A stretch of 62,984 bases of DNA, counting the filler, from Hausera hauseri (lineage: Eukaryota), in assembly GCA_046269625.1 (NCBI GenBank). It is 12 parts of 12 records of this genome, joined end to end, with 100 filler letters (N's around TTAATTAATTAA, not from the genome) between each part and the next. Parts side by side here need not be neighbours in the genome. Positions count along the whole stretch, not along the records: positions 37,446 to 42,551 come from JBJURY010334048.1; positions 42,652 to 48,341 come from JBJURY010206189.1; positions 48,442 to 53,544 come from JBJURY010334826.1; 9 more parts are not named here. One strand, written 5' to 3'. Below the pieces are notes generated by a model. The model saw only the letters and a program-made list of their open reading frames with translations. It did not search any database and had not been told where the DNA came from. Shown one piece after another: positions 38,217 through 51,400 of this stretch. A program made the translations under genes and the position numbers. Each line of letters opens with the position of its first letter. Positions within the stretch are counted from its first letter, which is position 1.

Positions 38217-39745
38217 GTAAGGATTGCTTTGAAAAAGGTTGTTATGTTTGGGATTATTTTGTTTTGCTGGTAGTTTACCACAAACACCCCAAATGAAAAC
38301 TGGCAGAAAGTGGTAAACACAGAAATAGAAAACTAGTAGGATTTCGAAAGTTTATTCGATTCACTTGCTTCGTCTGCTAAGGCAGAATGCTCCTTGGTAG
38401 ATGATCGTGTCCACTCTTGCCTGCTACATTGGCGAGGAGGACTTGCAATTATTTCCGTACAAGTATCGGGAAACCTAGGCCACCGCTTTCAGTGGGATGT
38501 TTTGTCAGGTATCAGCTGGCTCTGACGGAAACAGTGACTAGAACAGACGGTCTGTCGCAGCCATTAGTCCGATGAAGATAGATGAATCGAAAAGTCACCG
38601 TCGGTCACTGTCGGCGTAGAACTTGTCGAGGCTGGTTATAGGTTTATTGGAAGTTTAGTGAGATGCGTCACGAATCTACTCCGTTGCAAGAGTTCTCGTG
38701 CCGTCCGAAAATCCGAATAGGATAGGTACGGCGTGCGTGGTCGTAGGGTAGTTTTGTGACGCCTCCCGATTAGCTTGGCAAATCGTCGGCTCTCTCGAAG
38801 ATTTTTCTGCGAGGCTGGCACTTGTAGTGGGTAGTTGCCGAGGCACTGTCTTCCAGCATCGGTTGGCCGAACATCTTAGGAATTCGGTATTCCGAATTCG
38901 ACACCGTCATTCCGTCTACAAAAGCTCCACCAGATTCCACTTCCTCAATTGAGGCCCTTAGTCATGCAGCTCCCTTGCTCGTTTGGGGAACTCGTTTGCT
39001 TGTTGCAGCTTTGGCAGCCGGAAACTCATGCCTCACGTAGTCTTCGTGTGAGGCTTGAGTTCCTTGCGAGAAATAAATCTCTCCGTCGTCGTAGTCTGGA
39101 TCCAGGATTTAGATCCCACCGTAGTGTGCAAGCTTGTTATCGATACAAGATCTGTCAAGATCCACGGTCTCGGCCCCGGATTCATTGTCGGAACTGTCGA
39201 TATTGTTAATTTCTTCCTTACTCATTGATTCTAGTCGCACCATCCCATCAGCATGTTTTTATCGTGTCGTCTTTCGGCTTCCTGCGTTATCCCTTCCCGG
39301 CACACCAGTTACAGTCTCTTGTTTTTTGACCTTCTTAGTTCGTCGTTGATCAGCTTTGGTGTTGTTGTTCCTACTCGCCTCTTCTTCCGTAATAGGAGTC
39401 GGCATATCTGTTTCTTGTGTTTCTTCTTCAGTGATTGGTATCGGTATGTGACATTCTCATCTTTTCGTTTTTAGTTTCCTCGGCACCGGCTGTTTGAATT
39501 TCGTGTTCTCACTTCGTCGTTTACAGGTATCGGCGCTCTTGTTTCTAGCGTTTTCTTCACTAGGGTCGACGGTTCCGTAATTTGTTTCAATTCGGTCGGA
39601 TTTTTTGTTTTTTTTTTTAATTATTTTTAATTTATCGTAAATTTAAATTAGCTACTTTGCGTGAATTTATTAAATTCTCTCTTTGTAATTTCGCATGAAT
39701 TTATTAAATTTGCTATTTGTAATTTTTGTAAAGCAAAGCTTTACA
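38217..39745 (-). repeat. Putative ~1.5-kb 3' LTR of a Gypsy element
   Basis: Begins TGTAAAGCTTTGCTTT right after PPT GGGGGAGTA. The far end CAAAGCAATCCTTAC is an imperfect inverted repeat. AATAAA near 38351. Confidence 0.55.
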
Positions 39746-40380
39746 ATACTCCCCCGATCTTTTAAAGACCCTGTTGGCAGTGGGTATCACTTTCCTTTGT
39801 CCCTTCTGGTTTGAAACGTCTAGATGCACGTTTCAGCAGAGTTTGGGTATCTTCGATGCACTACTGGTGCGATTAAATACTGGCGCGGTGGGAGTTCTGT
39901 TTCGTTTTGTCGCACGTTACATTTCATGAAGTATGGTCGTCGATTTGATGTTTATTTCGGTTTGTACAGGTGTTGGGTCATATGTTGCGGCAGTGACCAA
40001 ATCGAATTAATCGATCTTCTCGTAGTTTTAATACAGCTTGTCTACTTCCGACATGCTTGTTATATCTTGTTCTATCAAGTCTTTGGTATTTGAAACATTA
40101 GAGCCGAATGCAGGTTTTACGTTCAAAAAGTGAACTATATGTTCAGAATTTTCGCGTATTATTTTAGCATTGTGCACAGTTATTTCAATGAGTTTGTAGA
40201 AACCCATGTAGTACGGCTGGAACCCGTGTCTTTATTGGCTCTTGAGCCATGCTAATGAAGCTTCTTTAAGGTTCTTTGACATGAATGTTTTTTTGTGATT
40301 CTAGCAGTGTACAGGATTCGTGTCAGTTAGCAAGAAATGATTCCGAGCTTGATTGAGAGCAGGGATAGAAGTTACTTCCT
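39746..40380 (-). mobile_element. Gypsy integrase C-terminus (GPY/F) and PPT
   Basis: FMSKNLKEASLAWLK...FQPYYMGFYKLI...IVHFLNVKPAF. Confidence 0.75.
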
Positions 40381-41108
40381 CATTTCGTACCAGATCTTGC
40401 GGGAATGAAAATTTTTTTGAAATTGGAGTTAAGCAATTTCAAATAGAATATTTTTAAATCATCCTTGATGTTATTAATGGATGATGATGGGACATTGATA
40501 ACTGTACTCGGAGGTGAGTTAAAGTTCTCAAAAACTCGGGGTATGTTTTTATATTGTATCCGAATAATCTTACCAGAAAAGGGCATTTGATACAATACTG
40601 AGTGTAGTTCGTCGAATTTATTTCTGTACCAGGTATTGACCTTTTGAAGTGATTAAAAAAGGTAAAATGTTCAAAAGATTTAACCCGACTTTGTTGGTGC
40701 AGCGAAATATTAAATTTTGTATTTCTTTGCACCAACGATGTATTTTTATATTTTGATAATCTGGACCTTTTGCAAAACTTTGTAAGTAATGAATGATGAT
40801 CTTCTTTGTAGTTTCTCATTAAATTTCCAGAATAAAATTTGATTCAACAAGATAAATTATTTATTTGAAACATTCAAAAAAAATTCAACTTTCTTATCTA
40901 CGTTATTGTGAGTTTAAAACACATTGCACAACGAAATTACAAAATATGGAATCAGGCTCCTATATATGAAACCCCACCGCGACTGTTCAATGGCGCAATT
41001 TATATTGGTTTACTTTTTGTTACGAAAATTACTTTTATTACGAAAGGCTAAATCACATTTGTATATACGAACATTGAGTAAAAGATTAACTCAGTTGAAA
41101 TACTTAAA

Positions 41109-41820
41109 ATGACAGAAACGGGTATTCTTTATTCTAATATTAAGATTTCCGAAGCTGAATTATTAAATGTCGTAAAACAGGTTTGTGAATTAACGGGTTG
41201 TTCGAATGATCTAGCAGTCACAGCATTATTTGATTCAAATTATAAAGTAGAAGTTGCTGTAGATAAAATATTTGGACAAACCCAAAAAGCGTTAAAACTG
41301 AACGATGATTGGAAAGAAGTCCCAAAATCAAAAGGAAAACCAATTAGTGTCGAAGTTTGCTTCGAATGATCTTAACAATGAATTGAATGAAAATGGTTAT
41401 AATAGTAATAGAATTTACGAGAAACCAAAAATATTCAGAGGCAGTGGACGAAGCAGAGTGCGCAGTAATAGGCTGATGAGAAATTTCGACAATTTCAATA
41501 GTCGGGTTTATCAGAACAAAGAAGAGAACGAAAATGTTGAATGTGATTGGTTTAAAATTTAAGTTTTCGCAGCCGTAGAGGCCACAAAATGCAATTTAAA
41601 AATCCTTCTACTAGTGGCAGAATTCATCAGTTTTATAATAACGAAAGTGCTATTTCTGATCAGAACATTGATATGACATTAGAGTATACGATTATAATAA
41701 ATCGAATACAACCAATGACGAATGGCTGTCTGATGACACAGTTAAATCAATTGGAAACCATTTATAGTGTGATAAACAGCCGGAAGAAATTTGTTACGAT
41801 TTAAAACTATACTCTCCAAA
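41109..41820 (+). pseudogene. UBAP2/UBAP2L/lingerer-like gene 5' part (UBA-like domain, RG-rich segment), disrupted or spliced
   Basis: VKQVCELTGCSNDLAVTALFDSNYKVEVAVDKIF...DDWKEVPK resembles the UBAP2L/lingerer UBA (VKQLIDITG..QDEC.IALHDCN.DV..A) and its W-E-V-K motif. Confidence 0.6.
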
Positions 41821-41829
41821 GTATGTAAA

Positions 41830-42551
41830 AGGTAATGACACTACAATACCCCCCCCTCCTGTGGCTGAGTTGAGAACCTGAAAGAAAAACTTAAAGAAAG
41901 TTCTGAGGACAAGCACAATTTGTCTAATAAGTTTTCGTGCGTACGAGGCGTTGTACTCCTTCGTTGTTTAATTCTCTGGTATAGTTACTAAAAGTAACGG
42001 ATTTCAGACATACCTTTATTGTAGTATCTGGCCGCTGGTAGGGTTTATCAAAAAAGTTTTAGTTTCAGTGTGATTGGATGTTGTTTCTGGGGAAGGTAAT
42101 AGAAAAGGTGGAGGAGAAACGATTATGGGTAGATTATACCCGTTTTCCGCGGTAGTTTAAGTAGGTGACGAATTGAGAGGTGGTGTAGAAAAAGGCGAAG
42201 ATATAACAGTTGAGTGCGGACCAGAAATAGTGATGAAAGTAGGGGTAGATGGAAATGTCGAGATGAAGGCAGGAATGAAATTTGTAGGTGACAATGTAGA
42301 CACAGGGACGGTAGCAGCGGGATGATGTGTGGTGGACTGGGGAATCGAAGTCGAGGTAGAGGTGATTATAGGTGTGAGGAATGAGGTTGATGAGGTATCA
42401 TCGACGTAAAAGGTGGGTTTTACATTAGCAATATGCACTACAACTTCTTTTCCGTCTTTGAGTATAACAGCATTATTTGAATGTGGTTATATTAATTTAT
42501 ATGGTCCTAAGTACTGTGGCTGGAAACCGCAAGGAGTGCAGTTTTTTAGCC
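41830..42551 (-). mobile_element. Gypsy 3' end: GPY/F domain, S/T/P-rich tail, PPT and LTR start
   Basis: GFQPQYLGPYKLI...VVHIANVKP. PPT AGGAGGGGGGGG followed by TGTAGTG at 41845. Confidence 0.8.
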
Positions 42552-43257
42552 NNNNNNNNNNNNNNNNNNNNNNNNNNNNNNNNNNNNNNNNNNNNTTAAT
42601 TAATTAANNNNNNNNNNNNNNNNNNNNNNNNNNNNNNNNNNNNNNNNNNNNACTTCAAAATGCACTTAAATCGAGAAACAAACGAAACAGACGAATATAT
42701 TTCCAAAAGACGTCGAAAGTCATTACACATAATGGATAGTGTAATCAGTTATTACTCAAAATTTATTGACGTTTTGGATTCGAAAACGATTATTCTGCCG
42801 GACAAGCCACCAAATATGACAGTCAAAGATCTTGAGTTATGTGTTAAGTCCTTGTACAACGCATCCGGCCCAGAGTGTTTTTTTAATGCCTTACGAAGAA
42901 TGTTCTGGTGATCGATATTTGCATGAATTAGCTGGTGATAAATATTTATACGTGCCCATACAGTCTCTAATTGACGTTGAAGTTAAATTATTTTTATTTG
43001 GATATAATGATGTACTTTTGGCCAGTCTAAATCCCTTAGATTGACAACATATCGAATAGTTAGACAAAAAATTTATGGTCCAAATTAAATACGGTGTTCA
43101 GATTGTCAATTTTCGCAAAAAAAGTAGTAAAGCACAAGACGTCGGTGCTCTACAGGCTTATATTCCTCAAATGACAGAATTTAAAACCAAAGAAAAAATT
43201 TTACTCGCGCATTTTTATGCGGAACTAGACAAAATAACAGTTTTGCTTTAAAAAGTG

Positions 43258-44390
43258 AGTAGTGGGAAGTGCGGGTTAACCGCATTTCTCTGATTGGTCA
43301 GCCGATTGCTTTTCCCTACCTGATTGATTATTTCGAGCATTTCACTAAAATTTTCCCTCGACCCCCCTGGCCAAAAGGGAAGTCGAGCAATGGACATTTG
43401 ACCTAGTGATATCGATAGCGCGTGACGAGCTAAGCAAAAGTTTGTGGCGGTGCGGCTTTGAAAAATGTAAGGGCGAGGCGCTAGAAGAGAAAGACGCAAA
43501 ACAGGAAATGCTCCACGCGTAACGAGAAACGTGCTTCTAGCTCTGACAAAATGTGTACAAAGGGTAAATCGATGTTGGCAAATCCAATGGACACGGTTGC
43601 AACTCAATCAAACCATGGGAACATGGGGAAAAATCGATGGAAAATTTTCAAACGGGGAAAATTTCCCTACACAAATCAAACGGTGGTGGAAATGGGTTGA
43701 GCTCATAGCCATCATTAGTTGAGCATTTCATATAGCCGCCTAACGATCAGATGAAAGGATCCAGGTGAAAATGGTAACAAAACGAACAAACGAACCGAAA
43801 AAACGCATTGTTAAAATGTAAGTCAAAATCATAAAGTAGGTAGAAGTGAGCTTTCTACCCCATTTCCCAAAAGTGCTCAGATCGACCTCGGATCAATTTT
43901 CCCTACCTATCTCGTAATTCTGAGCATTTCATGTTTTTTGTCGGAGACCTCCTCCAGACGGAAGCATATGTCACATGTTGCGCAAGTCACCGACGGAAAT
44001 CGGTAGAGCTCGATGAGCGGAGAAAAATTTTGTAGCGCAGTGAGAGTCAAAATGTAACCGGGCGGCGCTAGAAGCAAAAGAAGCAAAACAGGAAATTTTC
44101 TACGAGAAACGAGACACGAGTTACGAATTTCGCAATGTTTTGTCCCAATGTAAAATGAATGTTGATGAATTGAATGCACACAATTTCAACTCGGTCTGAC
44201 CCTGGGAACATGGGGAAAATTGATGAGAAAATTTCAAACGATAAAAAAATTTTCCATTGTTCAAATCTGCTGGCTGTGGAAATGAGTTGAGCACGTAGCC
44301 CATCAGTAGTTGAGCATTTCATATTATAGCCGACTCACGATCAGACTAATGGATCGGGGTGTGAAAAATGTGAAACGAAAACGAAAATGA
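43258..44390 (+). repeat. Two tandem, diverged Polinton terminal-repeat units (starts 43258 AGTAGT and 43835 AGTAGG)
   Basis: Shared blocks GGCGCTAGAAG..CAAAACAGGAAAT, GGGAACATGGGGAAAA and AGTTGAGCATTTCATAT. They lie directly downstream of adenain. Polinton ends typically begin AGT. Confidence 0.65.
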
Positions 44391-44546
44391 ACGTCATGTA
44401 TGATGACGACGATGACAACCACAAGTTCATGATTGAGTACCAACAACTCACAAGGAGAATGATTGATGAAAAGTCACACATATTATATTTGTTCTCATGA
44501 TTTGTTCAAAAAAAACAACAGCAATAAAATAATACGCATATATATT

Positions 44547-44920
44547 TCACAAAATGGAATGTAATGTAAGCCACAATAAGCAATAATGTCCACAGAGTAT
44601 AGTCATTGGATGTTGGTAATGAACTCGATTATATTCAACACGGTATGATGATGATGATTGCCGTTCAATTTGAGAAACTAACGATGACGGATAGTAAAAT
44701 CCAAGCGGATCGAATACTCTGACGACGTTGGTCGGATGGTGGACGTACACAGCAATCCGATGTTCGCACGGCAACGATGAAGCTTGTGTATTGACAATAA
44801 AGCCACCGCCGCCGGTTTGTCGTAAATCACGCTGCACACAATCCAGTGGAAACACTCCACAAAATTTCACGCCCAAGAGCAGTTTTCCGTAGTGACTGAG
44901 CTAGGTGGAGATAATTGTGA
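44547..44920 (-). pseudogene. Adenain-like cysteine protease
   Basis: FCGVFPLD, FIVNT....PCEH(R)IAVY, FDPLG, YQ...TILCGHYCL. Confidence 0.9.
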
Positions 44921-45000
44921 ATTAAGTATAATAGTAATAGTAGTAATAAATGGCTTTATAATACGGCGAAGAAGAAAAGGTGAGACACAGCGGATTTTAT

Positions 45001-46219
45001 TTATACAATGATGGTTCCGTTTTTCATTATTTCAACCTCGGCATCAAATACACCGTACATGTACATCACGGTAGATTGATCCAACGCTTTGGTAAACTGA
45101 ACCTCCAGTCGCAGGTTTCCCTACTGAAGTAGTTGAGTCTGTTCAACGTCATAATCCGGAGCCAGGACAAAGGTGAAAAATGGATAGGTGGACTTCAACA
45201 AATCCATCGATATGCCATTGTTGATGTTTTTTGTTCAGCAAACCAATGTTGAGCACAATAGATTGCATATATGTGCAAACGTTATCATTAAACTCAAAGT
45301 CTTGTTTGTATGTCTCAACGAAATCTGCATTTCGGCCCAAACTAATGTAATTCACATTGCTATGTGTAAACGTTTCCGAATCGACGGTATAACTGCCCGT
45401 TTGTTGAACAGTCGTTTGAAATGTAACGAGCACTAATTTCGGCAATCGCATGTCGCCAAACAGTGCATCTTTGTAAAACGTAGTTGAACCTTTGCGTATG
45501 GTGTAAAAGAAGAGTTCTCTGCACTGTAATGGGTAACAAGTATTTTGCGTTTCCAAGCCCAACCGATGTCCCATGAGCACAGATGGTTCTACTTTTACAC
45601 GACAAACGTATAATCGTGACGCGGTAATTTTCAGTATGGGTTTCAGATTTTCAACTGTAGTTTTCAAACAAAAGGCATTGTCGCTGCGTTTGAGTCGAAT
45701 TATGGCTTTAACAGCGGGCAGTAGGCATTTAGGCTGATCGAAAAAGTCAAAGTACAGCGGTCCACACATGGTAAGCGGTTTTTATTCTGTCGCCCATGCC
45801 TGACGGTTTGCCACTGTGGCATCGTATCCGATGGTTTTCGTCAAATAAGTCGTTTTCGTGTCTGCGCTGTAATTCAGAGCCGTTTCAATTAGTGCTGGTG
45901 TTGCCTTCAATTTTGACGCTGTTTAGGGTTTGTGAATCCTCCTGGAACAGTGTTGGGAAAAGGTAATTGGCCGGTGTGACAGTGTCTGTTGCAGCGAGAA
46001 CCGTTGACGAATCCTTTTTAACAATGACTTTTCATAGAGTAGCGTATCGTTCAAATCCAGGTATTTATCGTCCAATGCCATAATGTTGAATTGAATGTCA
46101 ATGTTATTGTCCATTGAAACCGAATCAACGGGATAGATTTCTTCAAATGCCGCATTGTGAATAACAATTTGTGGGGCCGCTTTGTCAAATATACACTATT
46201 CAGATTTTGCAGATGCCAT
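45001..46219 (-). pseudogene. Polinton double-jelly-roll major capsid protein (hexon-like)
   Basis: KSE*CIFD..., IYPV, YLDLNDTLLY, IETALNYS, GPLYFDFFDQPKCLLPAV...LKRS..AFCL, LRLEVQF.KAL. Confidence 0.9.
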
Positions 46220-46246
46220 TTGTATGTCTGTCTGTCTGCCAATCAA

Positions 46247-46606
46247 TCAACCGAAAATCGTACGACGACGAAGTTTGTTTACAGTTGATGAGTTCAGTGG
46301 TGCTCTACGACGTTTTCTCAAGCCACTGCCAGCGAACTGATTCTTGACTGATTCAACGACTCCCGATGCAGCGCTTTTCATTTCTGACAAGGCGTGTTCC
46401 TTCAACGATGGTAAAATCGACTTGTTTTCATACAGTACGTCCTGTGATGTTTTTGCTGCCATGGTACAGGTACGCTTCAACATCGGAAATGTTAAACGTG
46501 CCAATGTATGCAACAATCCAGACCCATACTGTTTACGGACGAAATACGGCAGTTCACCACCCTGCTGCGGTTTACTGTAAATGGAAACGATTTCGGAATC
46601 AATCAT
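46247..46606 (-). CDS. Polinton small core/cement-like protein with QxGG and QxGxG motifs
   Basis: QQGGELPYF, QYGSGL, GSG followed by a basic tail. Lies between penton and MCP; homologue at 57395-57759. Confidence 0.75.
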   Translation of the reverse strand: MIDSEIVSIYSKPQQGGELPYFVRKQYGSGLLHTLARLTFPMLKRTCTMAAKTSQDVLYENKSILPSLKEHALSEMKSAASGVVESVKNQFAGSGLRKRRRAPLNSSTVNKLRRRTIFG

Positions 46607-46610
46607 GTTG

Positions 46611-47673
46611 TTATTGTTGTTGGATTTGACGGAAATGAAGAGTTAGACTGGTTGTTGTACCGTACGGAAATTCAATCGGGTAGCCCCCGTCACATCGGAT
46701 GTTCACTTCAACATTGTTTATAGATGTAGATGCCACAGGTAGGTACATTGGATTATCGACCTTGACAGTGACATTGTCGCCGGCACTATACTTGGTGCTT
46801 TCCTAATAAATTGCACGGAATAGCGGTACACGTATTCCACCGACCAAAATCGGTTCAGTGACATTCACGTAAATGTACATTTGACTTAGTCCCGTTTTCA
46901 GTTTGGGTTTGAATGTTGCAACATGTGCCACCGCCGCCGTCTTCGATGCCTCAAACCGTTGTTTTTCAAAACCCAATACCATGGCCAAAGCCTTGTCCAA
47001 TGAAATGACAACAATATCTTTAGCCAGTTAAAATTTAATGTACCCACTTGCATCTGACTTTTTTGTACTTTTGACTGGAAAAGTGTTGACAGACATGTGC
47101 CACAGATTCGCAATAGAAATTGTCACCAATCGGTACGTATGACGTTGACACCCTTTCTGTTGTATAGGTAAATTTCACCGTTGTCTGGTAATATACGGGA
47201 CTTAATCTAGGAGCAACTATATTTTCACTTTTAATATTTGCACCTTTGTACGCTGTATTTGTGAATCCAAATTTCTGCGCCATCTCAGAGGACTCAAAGA
47301 TAATATTAAATTCAAAATCTGCCATAAAATGTAAGTATTCCCCTAAAATAAAAACACCGATTTTGCCGTATACACTGTAATTTTTACTGGACGTGCAAAT
47401 GGCCGATTCTCCAACTGTTATTTTATTGTTAGTAAGTGTCAGAGGACAAGAATGTGTTTTGGTTTTAGTAAGTCTTTTTATACGTTATTTTCATACTACC
47501 TTTCAATGTCACCGGTGCGTAGGGAAAGTTAAATTCAATTCAGTGCAACCTCCCATTGTCCAGCAGATAAATCCAAAGGATTGTTCCAATCTACAACATA
47601 TTCACTGGCTGAATTGTTCAGACGAGTCGTCGGACAACTGTTGCTCGGCAACACCATGTAAATACTCATTCAT
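46611..47673 (-). pseudogene. Penton paralogue B
   Basis: MVLPSNSC...WNNPLD; MYIYVNVTEPILVGG..VPLFRAI; NPMYLPV; LTLHFRQ. Confidence 0.85.
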
Positions 47674-47789
47674 AATGATGTCAGTGATGATTATACAGTT
47701 TGTTTATTATCGAAGACGAAAATGTAGCATGAAATGTGTTTTGGCTCCAAACAAATTTAATGGGTTTCCAAAATTCGTTTACTCTATGC

Positions 47790-48341
47790 ACGGAATTACT
47801 GTGCACAACATTGAGACAACGATAAATACATGTACCTGATGATATTTACATGAGCAGTTTCGCCAGGTGTTTTGTACGTGGCCGAATCCAGTTCGATAGA
47901 AGCCAATAATTGTTTACGGTCTCCGCCAACATATACGGGTTCGGTTAGATCTGTTAAAATACTGATTCGATGAAATGCTTCGTAGAGACGTGGTTTGTGT
48001 TTAGCAACAATCGGCCGTCTGCTGCCGGTTTGACCGAATTCTCGTTTCTTAACTCCCATATTCCGAGCCAATAATTCACCAAAAGCAAAGTATGTAACAT
48101 TATCATGTAGTGAAAACGAATTACGACCATCTTACTTTAATTCAAATGTCTTGACAGCCAATTTAGCTGAAAACTTGATGGTTGCGCACAATTCTGTTTC
48201 CGTTTCCGTAAGAACAGCAGTTCCTGTTGTATGAGAGTAAAAGGATGATTCAGTCTTTTGCCACTTCACTGTAATATCGGTGGTTTTTATGGAAAAGTTA
48301 AAATTTTCTCTAATTATACTATGTCCACCGAGCTATAGACC
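47790..48341 (-). pseudogene. Penton paralogue A, C-terminal part
   Basis: ISILTDLTEPVYVGGDRKQLLASIE...YMYLSL. Homologous to 55740-56290. Confidence 0.75.
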
Positions 48342-48441
48342 NNNNNNNNNNNNNNNNNNNNNNNNNNNNNNNNNNNNNNNNNNNNTTAATTAATTAANNN
48401 NNNNNNNNNNNNNNNNNNNNNNNNNNNNNNNNNNNNNNNNN

Positions 48442-51400
48442 CTAATAGATTATAATATAGTAATAGACGTAGCTACAAATTCATTGGAAAAAACGAAAGA
48501 TTTGGAGAAGTACCAAAAAATGTGAACGAATTGGCAGATGAAATAAAAAGGTTAGAATTATTATATAACATGCATTGTCGTAAAGCTATAACGATTACCC
48601 TCTCTTAACTCCAATATTGGTCAAAGTATATGGTAAGTATGTGAATGCGGAACTTGACACTACTACTCCATTGACCCGCATAAACTTACAATTATATAGA
48701 CGGATTACCCATTACATACCTGAAGCGTGTGAAAAATTAGGTTTAACTATAAGATATATAGATGTTACTTGTTACGCCAATCCACAAGAGTCGTATTCTG
48801 ATTTTATTATTTGTTTAGACGTACTATACAAACTGACAGGAGTAGAACTCACAGTTATTGGAAGATCAATTGTATTCAACTGCGATGGTTATCAAGATAC
48901 AAAACCTCAACCTTATGATCAATTGTGGTTCGCACGGGGAAAAGAGACTGTTTCACCCTCATTAAATTATGTTACGTTAAAGCAAACGACTAAACAGAAT
49001 ACAAAATCCACACTAGTTCGAAAAATAATGCAAACACGAATGATGGAAACACCTTCAACTAATACCCCTGCTATGATTTTAGGAAATCCTTTTAGGTTGT
49101 CTACTATAACCTTGATAACCTTAATATTACTCATAATATTCGGATGCGCAAATGCTCAACCAACTCCAACAACTACCGCGACTAACACCTGAAGTAGTAC
49201 AATCGTATTATTGTTAATATTTGTATATTATGTTACATAGCAGTATGACATGTGATGACAAGGAAACATATAATCTTTTCTCGAATGACCACGTAAGAAG
49301 ACAAGTACCTTTACCCTCAATAGCCAATATGGACATCTATTCGGTGCCTAGCTTAGCGAGTATTCCGCAGAAACCACCACGAAATTCTTTACAAGATTTT
49401 TCAAAACCTGTATCAACAACCTCCATTTATCCCGACTTAATAAAAATGCAAATTACAAATAAGTTTCAAACACCTGCAAGCCACATCGTTATAAGTAAAA
49501 ATTGAAAAAAGCAGAAGAGAATATTAAACTCCTAAGGGAGGAAATTAAAAGATGCCAGCCATGAAACCAAGAAACTACCAATAAATAATAAGATTAGGTC
49601 AAGGAGAACAGATTTTACCGAGCAAGTGCAACGTAAAGAAGTCAAACCAATCGGGAAAAATTACGCAGAATTACCTCAACAGAAAAGGAAAAATCTACCG
49701 CCACCACTCCCCCTAACCAGAGAAGCTGCAAATCCACGATTGGAGAATTTCCTGTTAGCTACTCCAGAACGTATTAATCACGCCCAAGAATTAGTCAAGG
49801 GACCAATAAACAGTGTAATAGAGCAGAGACTTTCTTGGCAAATATCACAAAAAGTACGGGATAACAAATGAACCATATTGACCTATAAAAAATAATATGA
49901 AAAGACTTAAAATAGGATTTTAATACGCTTACCCCATTGGATAAACTACTAATAAAGATAAATTGTGAAGAGGTCTATTACATAATTTCCGACTTGGCCA
50001 ATCCAGAAAAATCCCAACATCATGATTATGTAGCCCCCAGCCGAGTGATAAAAATTTATAAACACCATAACCTAAATATAGGAAGACGAGAACTTATTAG
50101 CGGAGTAGAAAAAGTAAAACGAGCTTGGAATAGAAGAATGGGTCAACCTTTAGATAGTAACCTCCCTCCGGAACAATAGATGAAAATCGATTAACTACAA
50201 TTTGCAAGAAACAGTACCAAATATTTCGATGAAATTGCAAATGAGACAAGAGCGATGCATATTCAAGACCTTCAAGAAAAAATAAAAAATGGGAATCCCA
50301 AGAAATAAAAGGTTATTCCTCATTTTCATTTGGAATGTTATTCCTTATGGAAATATGTTTCTTAACCATGATCAACATAGCTGATGTAGCGGAGATCAGC
50401 TATCAACACTCAGTCCCTCTTGGATTTCAATATTACCATGGTTACTCTCATTGCTAATGATAGGTAAACTCTTTAGCGATGATAATGACAAATCAAACGG
50501 ATTTTCGAAGATAATAAGCGTCCCGCATTCCATCTTGAATAGTCTGATAAACACAGTAATATTGAAGATATAAATTAAACACAAAGCGACGCCTACGTAA
50601 ACAACATGGAATCACGCTTGGAGTTCCCTTACAGTAATCGATCGGTAAAAGAATGCTTAGATTATGAAAAACTAGCGGAAACCTTAAAAGAAATTTGTAA
50701 AACACAACCAATATCAAATCAAACATTTCCTCCATCAGAACTAATACATTACGCTCGTACTTTTGATTGGGAACTACCTAGACGTTAATCGATTTATGAT
50801 GACGATTGTGACAAAAGTATATGGACTACGATAGATTATTCCGTTTACGGAGAAGCGATGAGGTATAAACCTCTATTCATCGGTAGTACACAAAAACGAA
50901 TCTTTTTTACTTATTTCCTAAACGAAAAAATACCACAAATTCCTTATTGCAACAAACATCTCCATTATGCGATCGTTATGTAACTCAGGAAAGTGCCAAA
51001 AATTGGAGAAACGTGTATCGGATTGTTCAGGAATTTCAGGGGAGAAGTAGTAAACAAAGAAACGACCAATTCATTTGTAATCAACTGCTGGTTAACATGT
51101 ACATTGATAACAATAAAAGATGAACTAGGAGAATAAGAAATAGAAGAAATGGAAAAGGAAGAAGCTCGAATATTATGGAATAGCTATCTATGTAGAAACG
51201 TTATTGATTATTATTTTGTATGTTGGACGACAACCAACCGATGGCTGAACCTTTCAAAAGAAAACGTGAAGAATTCATTTATGATAAGAACATGCAGGAA
51301 AATAAACACAAGTCACCACAGAATGTAGCCTCTGCAATGTCAAAAATGACAGAATATTCGGTGAAAAATAGAAAATTGGTAAATAAAGCATCGTTTTATA

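Noticed and set aside
42652-43250. Short ORF remnants left of the Polinton terminus
   Set aside because: Fragmented, with no motif to support a call.
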